Origin: Cyanophora paradoxa CCMP329
Taxonomy: Eukaryota > Plantae > Glaucophyta
Reading direction: 5' to 3'
DNA length: 64,000 nucleotides
NCBI GenBank assembly: GCA_004431415.1
Contig: QPMI01000407.1
Location: forward strand, 1-64,000
Below the pieces are notes generated by a model. That model ran no database searches and had not been told where the DNA came from. It saw only the letters and a program-made list of their open reading frames with translations. Position 1 is the first letter of the stretch, and the number at the start of each line of letters is the position of its first letter. The position numbers and the translations under genes are program-made. This document shows positions 13,701 through 27,793 of the stretch, one piece after another.

Positions 13701-14418
13701 GTACAGCCAACCAGAAGCTCCCCTTCTTTGTGAGACCACTTGTGCGAGAATGCGCGGCCCTCTGAAATATTTGCTATGTCCCTGAGATTAAATCAGCACC
13801 TGAGCTGTGAATGGTAAGAGAGAAAGCACGACCTGCACGTGAGTACATGTTGGTCCAGCTCCCTCTCTATGGTCCAGATCATCACATGCCCTAGTCCACT
13901 GGAGCAGAGCTCATTTTGATCACGGGGATTAAAGCTCAGGGACTGGCACGGCGCTGAAAGCTTGGCCTGCGCGCAGCCGTCTAAGCGGTGCTTTTCCTGA
14001 ATGGCTTTGAATCCGCCTGCACCTGTACAAGTTTCTGCTGCCTCTCCCAGTCCCAAACAACGATGCTGAAATCTGGGAGTTTCGCAATTGATGCGAGTCT
14101 GACCCCGTCCTGCGAGAAAGCGAGGTCCGCGTGCTCGACTTCTGCGCTGCCCTCCAACGTGCGTAGCAGGAGTTTCTCATCGTCGATAGCATGCACGTAT
14201 ACGCATGGAAACGGTCTCTTTTCCCCGTACGCGAACACCCTCTTGCGCGCCGAGACAGCAAACGTTGAGATACCAAAGCCGCGCCCGTGCACGAAGTGTC
14301 GCTCGCCGGTCTTGAGCTGCAGAAACTGGAGCGCATTGCCGACGACGGAGAGGCACAGGTTCTCATCCAGGTACTCGACCTTCCCACGCAAGCCGAGGGC
14401 CCACTTGAGCGCTAGCAT
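7784..14418 (-). CDS. CFAP43: Cilia- and flagella-associated protein 43 (WD40 N-terminus, coiled-coil C-terminus), multi-exon
   Basis: WD-repeat exons at 11600-14400. C-terminal motifs DDFALRALNEMMG, FRKGIHQLEWENKRLDMEAEDW..FQLLRVTK and a spliced end EQLDALRQR|TFPSFATA* match CFAP43. Start codon approximate. Confidence 0.82.
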
Positions 14419-14621
14419 GTCGCAGCTGCTTGCGTACACCTACGCTGATTGCATGTCGCTCCGCTAGCGCTGTGCTGGCTGGCAGCTTGCTGGTCACCGA
14501 CCGCTATAGCTAGTGTAGTTTCGGTTCACTAACTTGGGCCTATCGGGGTACATGGCATCGCCAGTCGGCCCTAGGGCGTCTGCAAGCTAGCTTCTGTGCT
14601 AGCTACGCGGCCGCGCCGGCA

Positions 14622-17600
14622 ATGCTTGTCCCGGGTGCGTCCTGCATTAAGCGTGTACGCTAGCTGCCAGCTAGGTCGTCCATGGTTCTCTCAATTGCGG
14701 CCCGCAGCCTTCACGCTCGCTTTGAACAACACCATCCTCGAGAGGCTCGGTATGCCGAGATGAAATTTATATTTTGCTGGGGTCGCCTCGTCGACCGCCC
14801 GCGCCGACAGCGTGCATTGGGAAGTTCGATGCGAAGCATCCAAGCCTCGCATGCGGCACAAGCGCAGGGAAAATATTCATAAGCAGGTAAGCAGGTATTC
14901 ATAGGCGCTCTGGCCCTATCCTTACGCCTTGTGGAACGCGCGACTCGCAGCCCTCACACACGCGACGAGAACTCGATCCCTGAATTGCGCTTTCTGAATA
15001 TCAATAGAAAGATAACAGCTCTTACCTCGGGACAAATAAATCCTTCGGACCCCAAGGAGGCGTTGCTCGTGGGCACACAAACCAATCTGCTAGCGTGCGC
15101 CACCAGCGTGTTTCGGGGCTCGATCGCATTAAACTGCCGGCGCAGCTATGATGTCGAGGCCAACTCAGATCTTTTCTACAAAGAGTGTCCTGATGGGGTG
15201 TCGTCGCTAATTTTTGGCAAACTTGGATCGATCGATAGCCCTCTTGCCATTGTTGGCGGCAACTGCTCTATACAGGTGAAAGAGGCCTTTTCAGATTCTA
15301 AAAGCGCCTTTCAGGGCATTTCATTCTGTTCAGGGCTTCGATTTCGAAGGCAACGAAGTTTTCTGGACTGTGCGTCGTTCTCGCCTTGCCTGTGACATTC
15401 TTATGGAGACTGCGTGCAGGTTACTGGCGACAACGTATCTGCCCTTTGCTTCTGTGATGTTGATGAGGTTCGATTTCTGGGCAAACCGCCTACACCACCT
15501 ACATTGATGGCATTCAACTCCCCTGCCAGGATGGCTTGAACGAACTCCTAGTGGGCTCCGACGATTTCGAGATGCGAATTTTCCAGAACGAGGAGGTCAT
15601 TGCAGAAGTAACAGAGACAGATAAAATCGTGGCTCTGTGCAAGATCAGAGGCACACGATTCGGGCAAGTAAAGCTCCAGTCTTTTGAATGATTTCTTTCG
15701 TATTCTCTCCTGAGTGAGCTCAGATACGGGTTAAACAATGGCACTGTCGGCGTGTACGATAAGTCAAACCGTGTTTGGAGGGTGAAGTCCAAGCACACAG
15801 TGACATCTATAGCAGGGTGCAATGCAGCCTTCCACGGAACAACTGTGACACTTACGGTATCTGGGGCAGGTTTGACCTCGATGGTGATGGCATACCAGAA
15901 TTGATTTCAGGCTGGTCGAATGGCAAGATTGAAGTCCGGAGTGATCGAAATGGTGAAGTGATATTCAAAGACAGCTTTTCATCACCGATTTCGGCCATTG
16001 TAGAGGTCCGCCACTCTTTATCGACAACATTTCACAGCTTGCTTATTCAAATTCAGGCTGATTATCGCATGGATGGCTCGACTGAAGTGATTTGTTGTGC
16101 AGAAGATGGCCAAGGTCTGTGCAGAAGTTTAGTGGCTTTTTACCACCACTGATCATGCAGACGTATTCCTGTGCAGTCAAGGGGTATTTGCCAGCTGACT
16201 CGGAAGTCATTGCCAGCCGTGTGGACTCCCAGCTGGAGGAAGACACATTGAGGGAGTTGCAGCAGCGGAGACAGGTTCTTAACTTGTATTTCGTAGTGCC
16301 TCGCACTGCGAACTATCGCTGATTTGTTTCCAGGAACTTCTCTTCGAGCTGAAGAACTACGAGGATGGATCCAAAGCAGCACAGCCGGGTGCCCCAGCTC
16401 CAACTCAGGGTGCTATTATTCCACCATCTACAAGAGCAATGTGTACCCTGGAGATGAATGTACAAAGGAAGTGTGTCGACTTGGTTATTCAGACAAATAA
16501 CGAGACAGTTATCAAAGCTGTCATCATCTTTGCCGAGCAGCTCTTCCAGGGCGAGAGCTTCTTTGTGTGCGTTGTTCGCGGAGAATGATTTGCCATTGGT
16601 GTGCTCTCAAACGTTTTCTCCTGCAGACACCCCAAGTCGCCATCAAATGTAGTACGGGTACCTCTGTGCCCACCAAAGGATGTTGCTGCTGATATGCTCA
16701 TCAAGATCTTCGTGGGAACACGTGGAATGTGCGCAGTAATTTTGTTCATTCGAATGCGAAGGACTAAAATGTTCGACAGGCAAACGTTCCATGTGTTTGA
16801 GGTGGTCCAAAAGCTCCCCAAGTTCGCAACATATATGCCCATCGACAGGGATCGTATCAAGGAACCCATCTCGTCTGTCACCTTCCACATCAATGAGCGA
16901 ATAAATAGGGTGAGCTCGAGTATTCTTTGAGGCGGGTTGTGGGCGATAAGAGCTTGCTAGCTAAGTCGTTTGCAGGTTGTGATGTGGATCTCCAATAGTT
17001 TCAACATCGAATACAAAAATACATCACCAGATAGCTTGTATGCATCATTCCTCTCTGTGAGAACTGGGAAAGCATTGTGTATCAAGATGACTTCCGAGGC
17101 AGGTGGCACGGTCAGTTCAAGACTGTCTATAATTTCAATATCAAGAAGTCTTTTTTTTGAACCCTTTAGCAGATTCAGATTCGCACGGATGATATGGACA
17201 CAGCCGGAGAAGTCATCCAAGATCTTTGCAGCTTCCTTGCAGTACAAGAGCTCGACTGCACCGCGGAGTTTCCTGATGTAATGAACTTGAGATCTGATTT
17301 AATCTGCCAAATGTAATGAACGTGCAGGAAATGGAGCATCTCCGAGGCGTTCTTTTGAAGGTGGATGAGTTCAACACAGTGAGGTTCATTGACACAAACC
17401 ATCTGGTTGAGATTTGCTTACCTTGAACTGTAGGTTACGTCTCACTGCAGACGTTGCCGACACATCAAATTTCGTGAAAACGCTGGTTGTGCGGGCAGAA
17501 GATGCCAGAATGCTTGGAGATATGTGTGTCTTTTTCTAGAATTGGTGAGAATTGTCGCATGAAACATAATCATCTCGCAGGCAGCTCATGCGGAAAATGT

Positions 17601-17878
17601 ACCAGCACTTGTACGACCTGAACAAGGATTTGATCACAGAGCATGTCAAAAGGGCGAACAATCACAGTGAACTGCTAGCAGCTCTCAAGGAGGTCAATCA
17701 GATGATTCAGAAAGCAGGGCGTTTGCGGGGTGCGGTGCCTCCATGAAGCTGCTTTTCTCGTTCTATTTCTAATACACAGGCAGTTGGGAATGCAAAGGCG
17801 AAGGTGGTCACAGCATGTAGAAATGCAATCAAGGCAAATAACGTTCACCATCTATTCAAGATCATTCGCGGGGCATGA
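14622..17878 (+). CDS. BBS2: Bardet-Biedl syndrome 2 protein (BBSome subunit), multi-exon
   Basis: Spliced N-terminus [36 protein letters not shown]; also [51 protein letters not shown], and C-terminal [23 protein letters not shown]. Confidence 0.95.
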
Positions 17879-18291
17879 ATTCAAGTGTACACTGTGGCAT
17901 TATCCCCACACGCCCAACCCACCAGCAAGCTGGCTGGCCGGCCCTTGAGTTGCCTAACGCAAGACGAGCACTACTCCCCCGCAATAAGCATGTATGTAGC
18001 TGTACTTTGGCAGCATCGGTTACTGGCCGCTGCACGTCCTTCCGACTGCACTCTAAAAGCTCTCCTCCAGCGCGCTGGACATGAATTGAAGTGGCAAGGT
18101 CCGGGCTTCCTCCGTTCCCTCCTGGCCGTTCCTCCCCACCCCCCAAGGCGATTCAGTGAGCTAGTGTACTGGGAGTGTGCGTGCGCGACGCATTGTACAG
18201 CGAACTGCTAGCAGCACCAGATCTTTTTTTTAACACTCGGAACGACAGGAAAGACTGGCGCTCTGCTCTTTCAAAATGCATGTTGTTCCCT

Positions 18292-20904
<2,613 letters not shown>

Positions 20905-21169
20905 ACAGATGTCGAATGTTACCTTGTTGAAGTCACGCGCGGCAGCTGCAGGGCCGCAAAGGAAATCGAGATCGAAGAGACTCCGGACCGTGTACCCCCA
21001 AGCAAGACACACCGTCACACACGGTCACACACCGTCACACACCGTCACACGGTACACCCGCTGACAGCGGGTGCAGCAGCGGCGCCAAGCGGCACCTACA
21101 GCCCTGCTGTCGTTCGCAGTGGAGGCTCTCGACGATCGCTCAACGAAGCCGCTGATCGGCTAGCGCTCG

Positions 21170-24100
21170 ATGATCGACGCCGCCCGATCCGCCGCTCCTT
21201 CAAGGGTGGCTAAGCGAGTTAGGACTGCCCCTGAGCCCCCGCTCGACACCAGCGGCACGCTCGCCGCCGAGGTAGCTTACGAGCGGCGCGCGCCGAGTAC
21301 GTGGTTTTTGATCATGTGCGCATTGATGTTCAGGTCGATCGTTTTGCTAGAGAGAGGGCGTGGCACGTGAAGCTCAGCGGCACGCTCTCCGAGATCACAA
21401 GTTCATGCGCAGGACTTCGAGAGCGCGAGGTCTGCCTGTCTGGGCGATGACAGCCCTAGTCACACGCTGAATGCGATCAGGTGTCGATTGCGGACGTTGA
21501 TCTGATTGACCGGAGCGCTCTCCGCCTCCGAAATCCAGACGCGCGTGTGCTGGTTGCGAAGCCGGACACTTGCGTACCTGTAGGCAGCTTCTTTGTGAAT
21601 TGCGCCTACGATGGAAATCCAAACGTCGATGTCGCGGTTCAAATGCCACGGGTAAGACTGCTTGCAGGATTCGAGCATGTGAATGTGCAGCATATCAACC
21701 CCAGCCGTGTACAGAGCATGTTCCTACAGAAGGATTTCCTGAACTACAAGTACCTAGACAAGCGCTGCCTCTTCCTTGGAGCACTCGCCCAGCATCTTCG
21801 AAACGAGTTGGCTGCATTTTCCGTGCGGCTCATCGCATTCCGTGAAGATCCGGACAAACCAATCCTAGAAATCAAGCTTTGTAAGTCTCGTTTCTGTCGT
21901 TTCATTCCAAACTGATTGCTTCTGTGCAGTGCAGCAGGGCTCTTACGCTTTTCGCCTGATTCCTTGCGTGGCATTGGATACATTCCCACCTGCTAAGCTC
22001 TCTCCCAGCCGGAACTGTGTGCGCTCTGGGGTTCTGAAGGATGAAGGTAAATTCACATCGCGTTCGGCGTCGGTGTGCCTTAAGCCGTGGCAGGTTTCAC
22101 GCCCACCCCCTGGTACAATTCATGCATTTTGGAGGACATGATGCTCACGTCTGTAAATCTGCTCGTGTCGTCTACTCTGGCGACATGTCCAACGCTAAAA
22201 AGAGCATCTATCGTTTTTAGGGTGCGCCACTGTTCAACCCGACCTGATAGTGACTCGGCATTGTGTCCTCATTTTGTCGAAGGCATGGATACACCAGCAG
22301 GGACTTGAAGGCCACGGTGATGGTTTCAATGGTTTTCTTGGAACGACACTTCTTTGCTATCTGCATAAGCAAGGACGCATCACATCAACCACAGATACAT
22401 ACCATGCATTCCGCATTTTTCTCTCTGCGATCGGTGCGATCATTTGTGTATTGTTTTCAATGTTTTGGGTTCCTAATTGGCACAACGAACAGCATCACAT
22501 GAGAGCTTTTACTTTGAACTCCCGGGAACTGATCGGTCTCGAGTGACGGCTTCTCAGGTGTGCTTTTGACCCTCAATTTTTACCTTCTGCTAACTTTTCG
22601 TTTCCCCGGCTCCAGCTGGAATTCAAGGATCGTTTTGCATTCTTGCTTGTCGAGCCCAGTGGGGTTCTCAACCTTGCAGCTCGTGTATCCCAAGCAGCTG
22701 CTGAGCATGTGCTCGTTTCTGGTTTTTCACTTCGTTGTAAACCGACCGCTTTCGTGATCCAACCTTGCAGATGAGAGAAGAAGCTAGGCGCACACTCTCA
22801 GCCTTGTCTTCGCATCTCAAACCAGCTGTTTCGAGGAACGTCTTTCTGTCCAGCATGCCCGCCCTTCTGGCATTCGATGCTTTCACGTCGTACGCCTCTA
22901 TGAATCTCCAAAACGTAATGCTAGAGCCGTTAGCTGAACCGTAGCAGATTCTCCATTCCCGAACAGGCGGTTGAGTCTTCTGGCGGTAAATGGGAGGGAC
23001 GCCAGTATGCAGACAGCGTGACTGATATATTGAAATGTGCTCTCGGGACCCGTGCCGTGCTGATCCGCACTTTTATCCAGGTACTGGATAAGTTTTATTC
23101 TTGAAAGTATGGAAACCACTCATTTTGCGCTCAGATGCAGAGCGGCGCCCGAACTCTTCTTGTGGCGGTCCGGTTGAATGAGCAAAATATGAATCGGCTT
23201 GTGGATGTCGGACCTGCATCGGAAAATACTGCAGAGGTGGCGCTTCTCTACGCCACCTGTCACATGACAACTTTTTTTGAATGGATTAATCGGCATGCAG
23301 GCGGCAGCTTTCAGGTCGTTCTGGGGACCGAAAGCAGAGTTGCGCCGTTTCAAGGATGGCACTATCTGTGAAAGCGTTGGTAATCTCTTATAACTGGATT
23401 CTTTTTTTTCAGCTCATCAAGAAGAACTGAAGGGCCCTTGCAGTTTGGGAGCATCTTGCATCCAAGCGAGAGGAAGTTGTAGGCGAGATTGTGAAGTATG
23501 CACTCCACAGGCATCTGAATGTTAATCCCGACGCAATCTCCACTGTCGGGTCCCCCACTCTTCTGCCAGTCCTCACTATCGCTGGGCATTGTAAACCGAT
23601 CAATTCTTCGCCATGTTGTATGTTGGCTGAAATGAGTCTTGCAGATGAGACTGGCATCGGAGCATCAAAGGCACTCGATGCTCTGAGCAAGCAGATGCGG
23701 AGTCTGAACGGACTTCCATTGCAAATTGCGAGCATTATGCCTTGCCACCCAGGTACGCATCAGCGTTTGAGGTGGCATTCATTTGTCCAAAGCATTTGCG
23801 CAGTTTTCAGCTACACAGAACCTCTCCCTCCAGCACCAAGCTCTCTAGCTGGATCGAGTTGTCCCCGGAATCCCAGCGAGAGCATCTGTGTTCGCGCCCT
23901 AGATGTCGTGCTCCAGGCGAGCGACTACTGTTTTTTCTTGGAATTTCCGCTGTTGACATCGAAATCTAGTTCGAATCGAGTGCACGCTGGCCAGATAACA
24001 TCGAGGCAATCAGCCACACGAAAAGTGCTTTCTACTTGCAGATGCATCATGCGTGAGTTTGATCTATTGATTTGATCAACAATGAACTCTTTATGGACTC

Positions 24101-25687
24101 CATTGCTGCTTTTCAGGTTGTACGACGAGGCTGGGGTGGCGAGCATCCCAACTGCAGAGCACCTAGATGTATTCTTTGCAGGATACGTCTTCAGATTCAA
24201 AATATACCACGATCGAGAAGTGCTCCTGGCCCGCACACATGGTTTGCCGAGGGCCAGCTTGGCCTTGCACTTCGTGCGCTTACTTTGTCATGCAGACGAA
24301 AAACTTGCAGCCTCGCTGGACAGGAACCTTGTACAAGCTCCTCTGCATCGTGCAAGTATACATGCCCTTGTCAACAAGTACCCATCGTATGGGCTTGCTG
24401 TGAGGTGTGGCCCTTCACCCTCCCGAACTCTTTTTTTTCCTTTTTAAACATGCCTGTGCAGAATCGCAAAGCGTTGGTCGAGAGTCCATATGTTCTACCC
24501 ATGCTTGAGTGACGATGCTATCGAACTCATTGTGGCATCCTGCTGGCCTCCCTCGAGCGCTCTCCTCCCTGTTCCATCTTCAGCATTTTCCGGATTTTTG
24601 CGGTCCGTTGCCCTCCCCTCTGGCCATTCTAATATGCTCACTGAGGAAGTTCTCTCGAATCATGATGGGGCAGCTGAATGCCCACTAGATGCTTAAAACA
24701 CTTTCTGCCGTTCCTGTTCTGAGAGACAATCGCTGCTCCTATAATGTGCTTAATTTTTTCACTGTGACACTTTTTTTTGCAGATTTCTGCACGTTCTTGC
24801 GTCACATGACTGGAGAAACGAGGTCATGAGTGTTGATGTGGAGGACACCGTTCCAACAGAAATGAGAAAAGAGAGCAAGGTAGGAACGCAGTCCTCATTT
24901 TCGATCCGCAATGATGCCAACCTGTCCGTGTTAGCGGAAGTTTGATGCAATGCACTCTTCTTTGAGGCCGGCCATGGTGGTGGTGTCTAGCCTTCAGCAG
25001 CACGCGAATATGACTTCAAGCCTCACCCAAAACGTCCGAGCTGGTGGTTTTTTCTGCATCTTCTTTTCACCTTCTGATGAAAAACTCAGGTTGTGGATCG
25101 CCTCAAGCTGTACGCAGATCGCACTCTTAAAAGTGCCCTCGATATGCTAAAGGGTTCCATGGACGCAAGTGATTGGATGGTTCGTACTCTCTTGAATTGC
25201 TGTTCATTCTATGGAAGCTCTTGCTTACTCGTTCGCTTGCCAGATGTTGTTCCGCACTCCAGTGGGAGCTTTTGATCTTGTCTTGAAGCTTGAGCACAGG
25301 CTGCTGCCTCATGGACATGAGAGGATAGGCTGGTCTGGCAAGGTCAGCCGTGGACCTTTCCTTGTTGCAGAGCGGGAACGGCAAGCACAGCAAGGAGGAG
25401 AAGAGATGATGCATGGCAACTTGATGCCAGACTTCAACCCATCTGAGCATTTGAGAAGAGACCTCGGGAGTTCCATGCCAAAGCAGACGCAGGTCTGCTT
25501 CGACCCAAACGGAGGTTCTCTGGTCACCGCAATCTTGCAACCTACCCTGCTGCCAGGCCAGCTCTCCACAGCTTCAGTGCGGGTTCCCGGCTGCCCAGCA
25601 GCAGATGTTGTGGACATCCTCGCCCTCACAGAAAGCATATTCAAGGCCGGAGAAGGATATGTAACTGATGTTCTCTTCCCTAGATAA
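21170..25687 (+). CDS. NOL6: Nucleolar protein 6 / Utp22 (Nrap family), multi-exon
   Basis: VGSF..NVDVAVQMP, KDFLNYKYLDKRCLFL, TPWYNSCILED, GFNGF, FWGPKAELRRFKDGTICES, FESSARWPD. Confidence 0.9.
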
Positions 25688-25745
25688 GTAATGCAGGAGG
25701 TAAGTCCCTGCTGCCGGGCCAGCACTCCACAGCTTCAGCGCGGGG

Positions 25746-25779
25746 TGCTTGGGCCGGGGGGGGGGGGGGGGGGGGGGGG
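25746..25779. repeat. Poly-G tract
   Basis: Uninterrupted G run of about 34 nt. Confidence 0.9.
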
Positions 25780-26791
25780 CTTTGACCTGTGCGGGGTCGT
25801 GGGTCTTGAACGGAGGTGCCACTCGTACTGTGCTCGGAGGTAGTTCAATAATATATGAATGATTTGACCATTTGAGAAATTGTATTTTCGATGATTTTGA
25901 CCTGTTCTGTCAAGTTGTCGAAGGACTAGCCAGGGGGCCCTACCGTTAGCCGCTGGTCGCTGTGGGGGACCCTTGGCCTAGTGGGAGCTCTGGGGGGGCC
26001 TTCATGCAGCTTCGAATTCCCAATTGCAATCCGATATCGATGAACGTAATCAAAATCAACTAGTACTTGGCCGCCGGGCAAAATCCAGCCCAAGTCGATA
26101 TCGATATCTTTAAAAAATTGACTTCAAATTAAACTTGAAAGCACTTCAATCTCGGAGCTCCAGATCCCGTCTGACCCGACTTGGCAAATCGTAGCCTGCA
26201 TGCGCATGCTGATCCCAACTAAGCTCAATCTAATCTAAGCCCTCCTTTAGCCTGATTGGGGAAGGACCCCCTTCGAATTCCCCTTCCCCCACTTAAGCTT
26301 GGGGGTGTTCGGGTGCCCACCCTAGGCCAAAATGAAATGTCCCGACCTCCCAAAACTCAGGTTTTCTCGCCGGATGCTTGCAAGGCATGTCCCTAGGAGT
26401 CCGGAAACGTGTTCCGGGACATTCGGGCCCCGTCCGGTGGGCCAGGAATGGGCAATAACACGTTTTCGAAAAATGCGGTCTAGGGCCTCACCAGGTGGCG
26501 GTATATCTGCTGACCCAAGTGCGCCTAAATGCGCGTAATGAGCCCGACGATTCATGTCATACATGCCGAGACCGAAGGAGCACAGGGTGGCTCGCTAGGC
26601 CGCCTCATGTACCTTTGTACTTGCTAGTCCGAGACTCGATCTATACTAGAGAGAGAGCAAGTAAAAGACACTCCCAGGACTCGAACTCGAGTCTGGGTGG
26701 TGGTTACAAAATGAGAGAGAAAAAAGATATGAAATACACGAATCCCACCCCGATACCGGCTCCCTGAACGGCACGGGTGGGGTATCGCGTC

Positions 26792-27793
26792 TCAAAGTGC
26801 AAAATTGGGGTAGATAGAAGGGATGTCAAGGTCATCCTCATCATCACTAATAAAGACTACAGGACTAGAATCAGAAGCAGCGTCAGAGAAGTCATCATCT
26901 GTAATATAGATTACAGGACTAGATGAATCTGAACGAGCACTAGAACTAGCAGAAGACGCTCGGGGTCTATGGAGCAAAGCAAGTTCCTCTTCATTATCCT
27001 CATCATGGATCTGAGCAGGAAGAACGGGACCAAGAGCATCTTGAGCAGGTTCAGGAGCATGTGCAGGAAGAGGGTTGTCCGCAATAGGCTCAGGCTCGAT
27101 ATATTCTGGAGTACCGGGGGCATCAGCACGCTCTGGACTAGGAGCACGAGAAGATGAAGAGGAAGCAGAAGAGATCGACTCCCCATCAGATGAAGAATCA
27201 GAGTCAGAGTCAGAAGGATCTACGAAAGTAGGAGGACGCTTAAGAGTGTGTAGAAGTTCAGGACGTAAGACGGCAGTAGGAAAGACTAGTGGAAGCGGGC
27301 TAGGTTGGAGATGCGAAGGAGGGTGAGCAGCAGGAACATGCTCACAGGAAAGATATTGTTGCCAGGTTGAGTCAAACACGCGCGCTGCACCAAGCAATTG
27401 TTCACAGAAGGAAGACCGGAAGGGGTCAATCTGAGGAACAGTATGAAAATCAGAAAAGAAGCGCACACGGCGGTGAGGAGGAAGGCGATGAGGAAGAATT
27501 TCCAACAAGCGGTCGAGCTCTTGAAAGAAGGTACGCATCAATCGATCCACAGTAAAACCAGCAGTAGAAGACGGGGTAAGGGGTAGCTGAAGATCGGGAA
27601 GGAGAGAGTGAGTTTTGCAGGCCTCATTCCGACCAACACGATAAAGAGAGGCATAGGAAGTGAATATTGAATGAAGTCCTAAAATGCGGAGAGTTTGCCA
27701 TTCCCAATGCTGAATGTACATCCAACCAGTGTTGTGAACGCGGACGGAACCAGTCAAAAGGAAAGCGAGGAAGCGAGCAGAATTCACCGGCAT
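26792..27793 (-). CDS. Hypothetical intronless protein with acidic Ser-rich tail and SIM-like motifs, probably from a mobile element
   Basis: 333-aa ORF with tail motifs SSPVIYITDDD and SSPVVFISDDEDD. It is intronless, unlike the flanking host genes. Confidence 0.55.
   Translation of the reverse strand: MPVNSARFLAFLLTGSVRVHNTGWMYIQHWEWQTLRILGLHSIFTSYASLYRVGRNEACKTHSLLPDLQLPLTPSSTAGFTVDRLMRTFFQELDRLLEILPHRLPPHRRVRFFSDFHTVPQIDPFRSSFCEQLLGAARVFDSTWQQYLSCEHVPAAHPPSHLQPSPLPLVFPTAVLRPELLHTLKRPPTFVDPSDSDSDSSSDGESISSASSSSSRAPSPERADAPGTPEYIEPEPIADNPLPAHAPEPAQDALGPVLPAQIHDEDNEEELALLHRPRASSASSSARSDSSSPVIYITDDDFSDAASDSSPVVFISDDEDDLDIPSIYPNFAL

Noticed and set aside
26640-26730. LTR edge (..ggttaca) with adjacent purine tract
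   Set aside because: The purine tract is on the wrong strand for a PPT; no second LTR, PBS or gag/pol.
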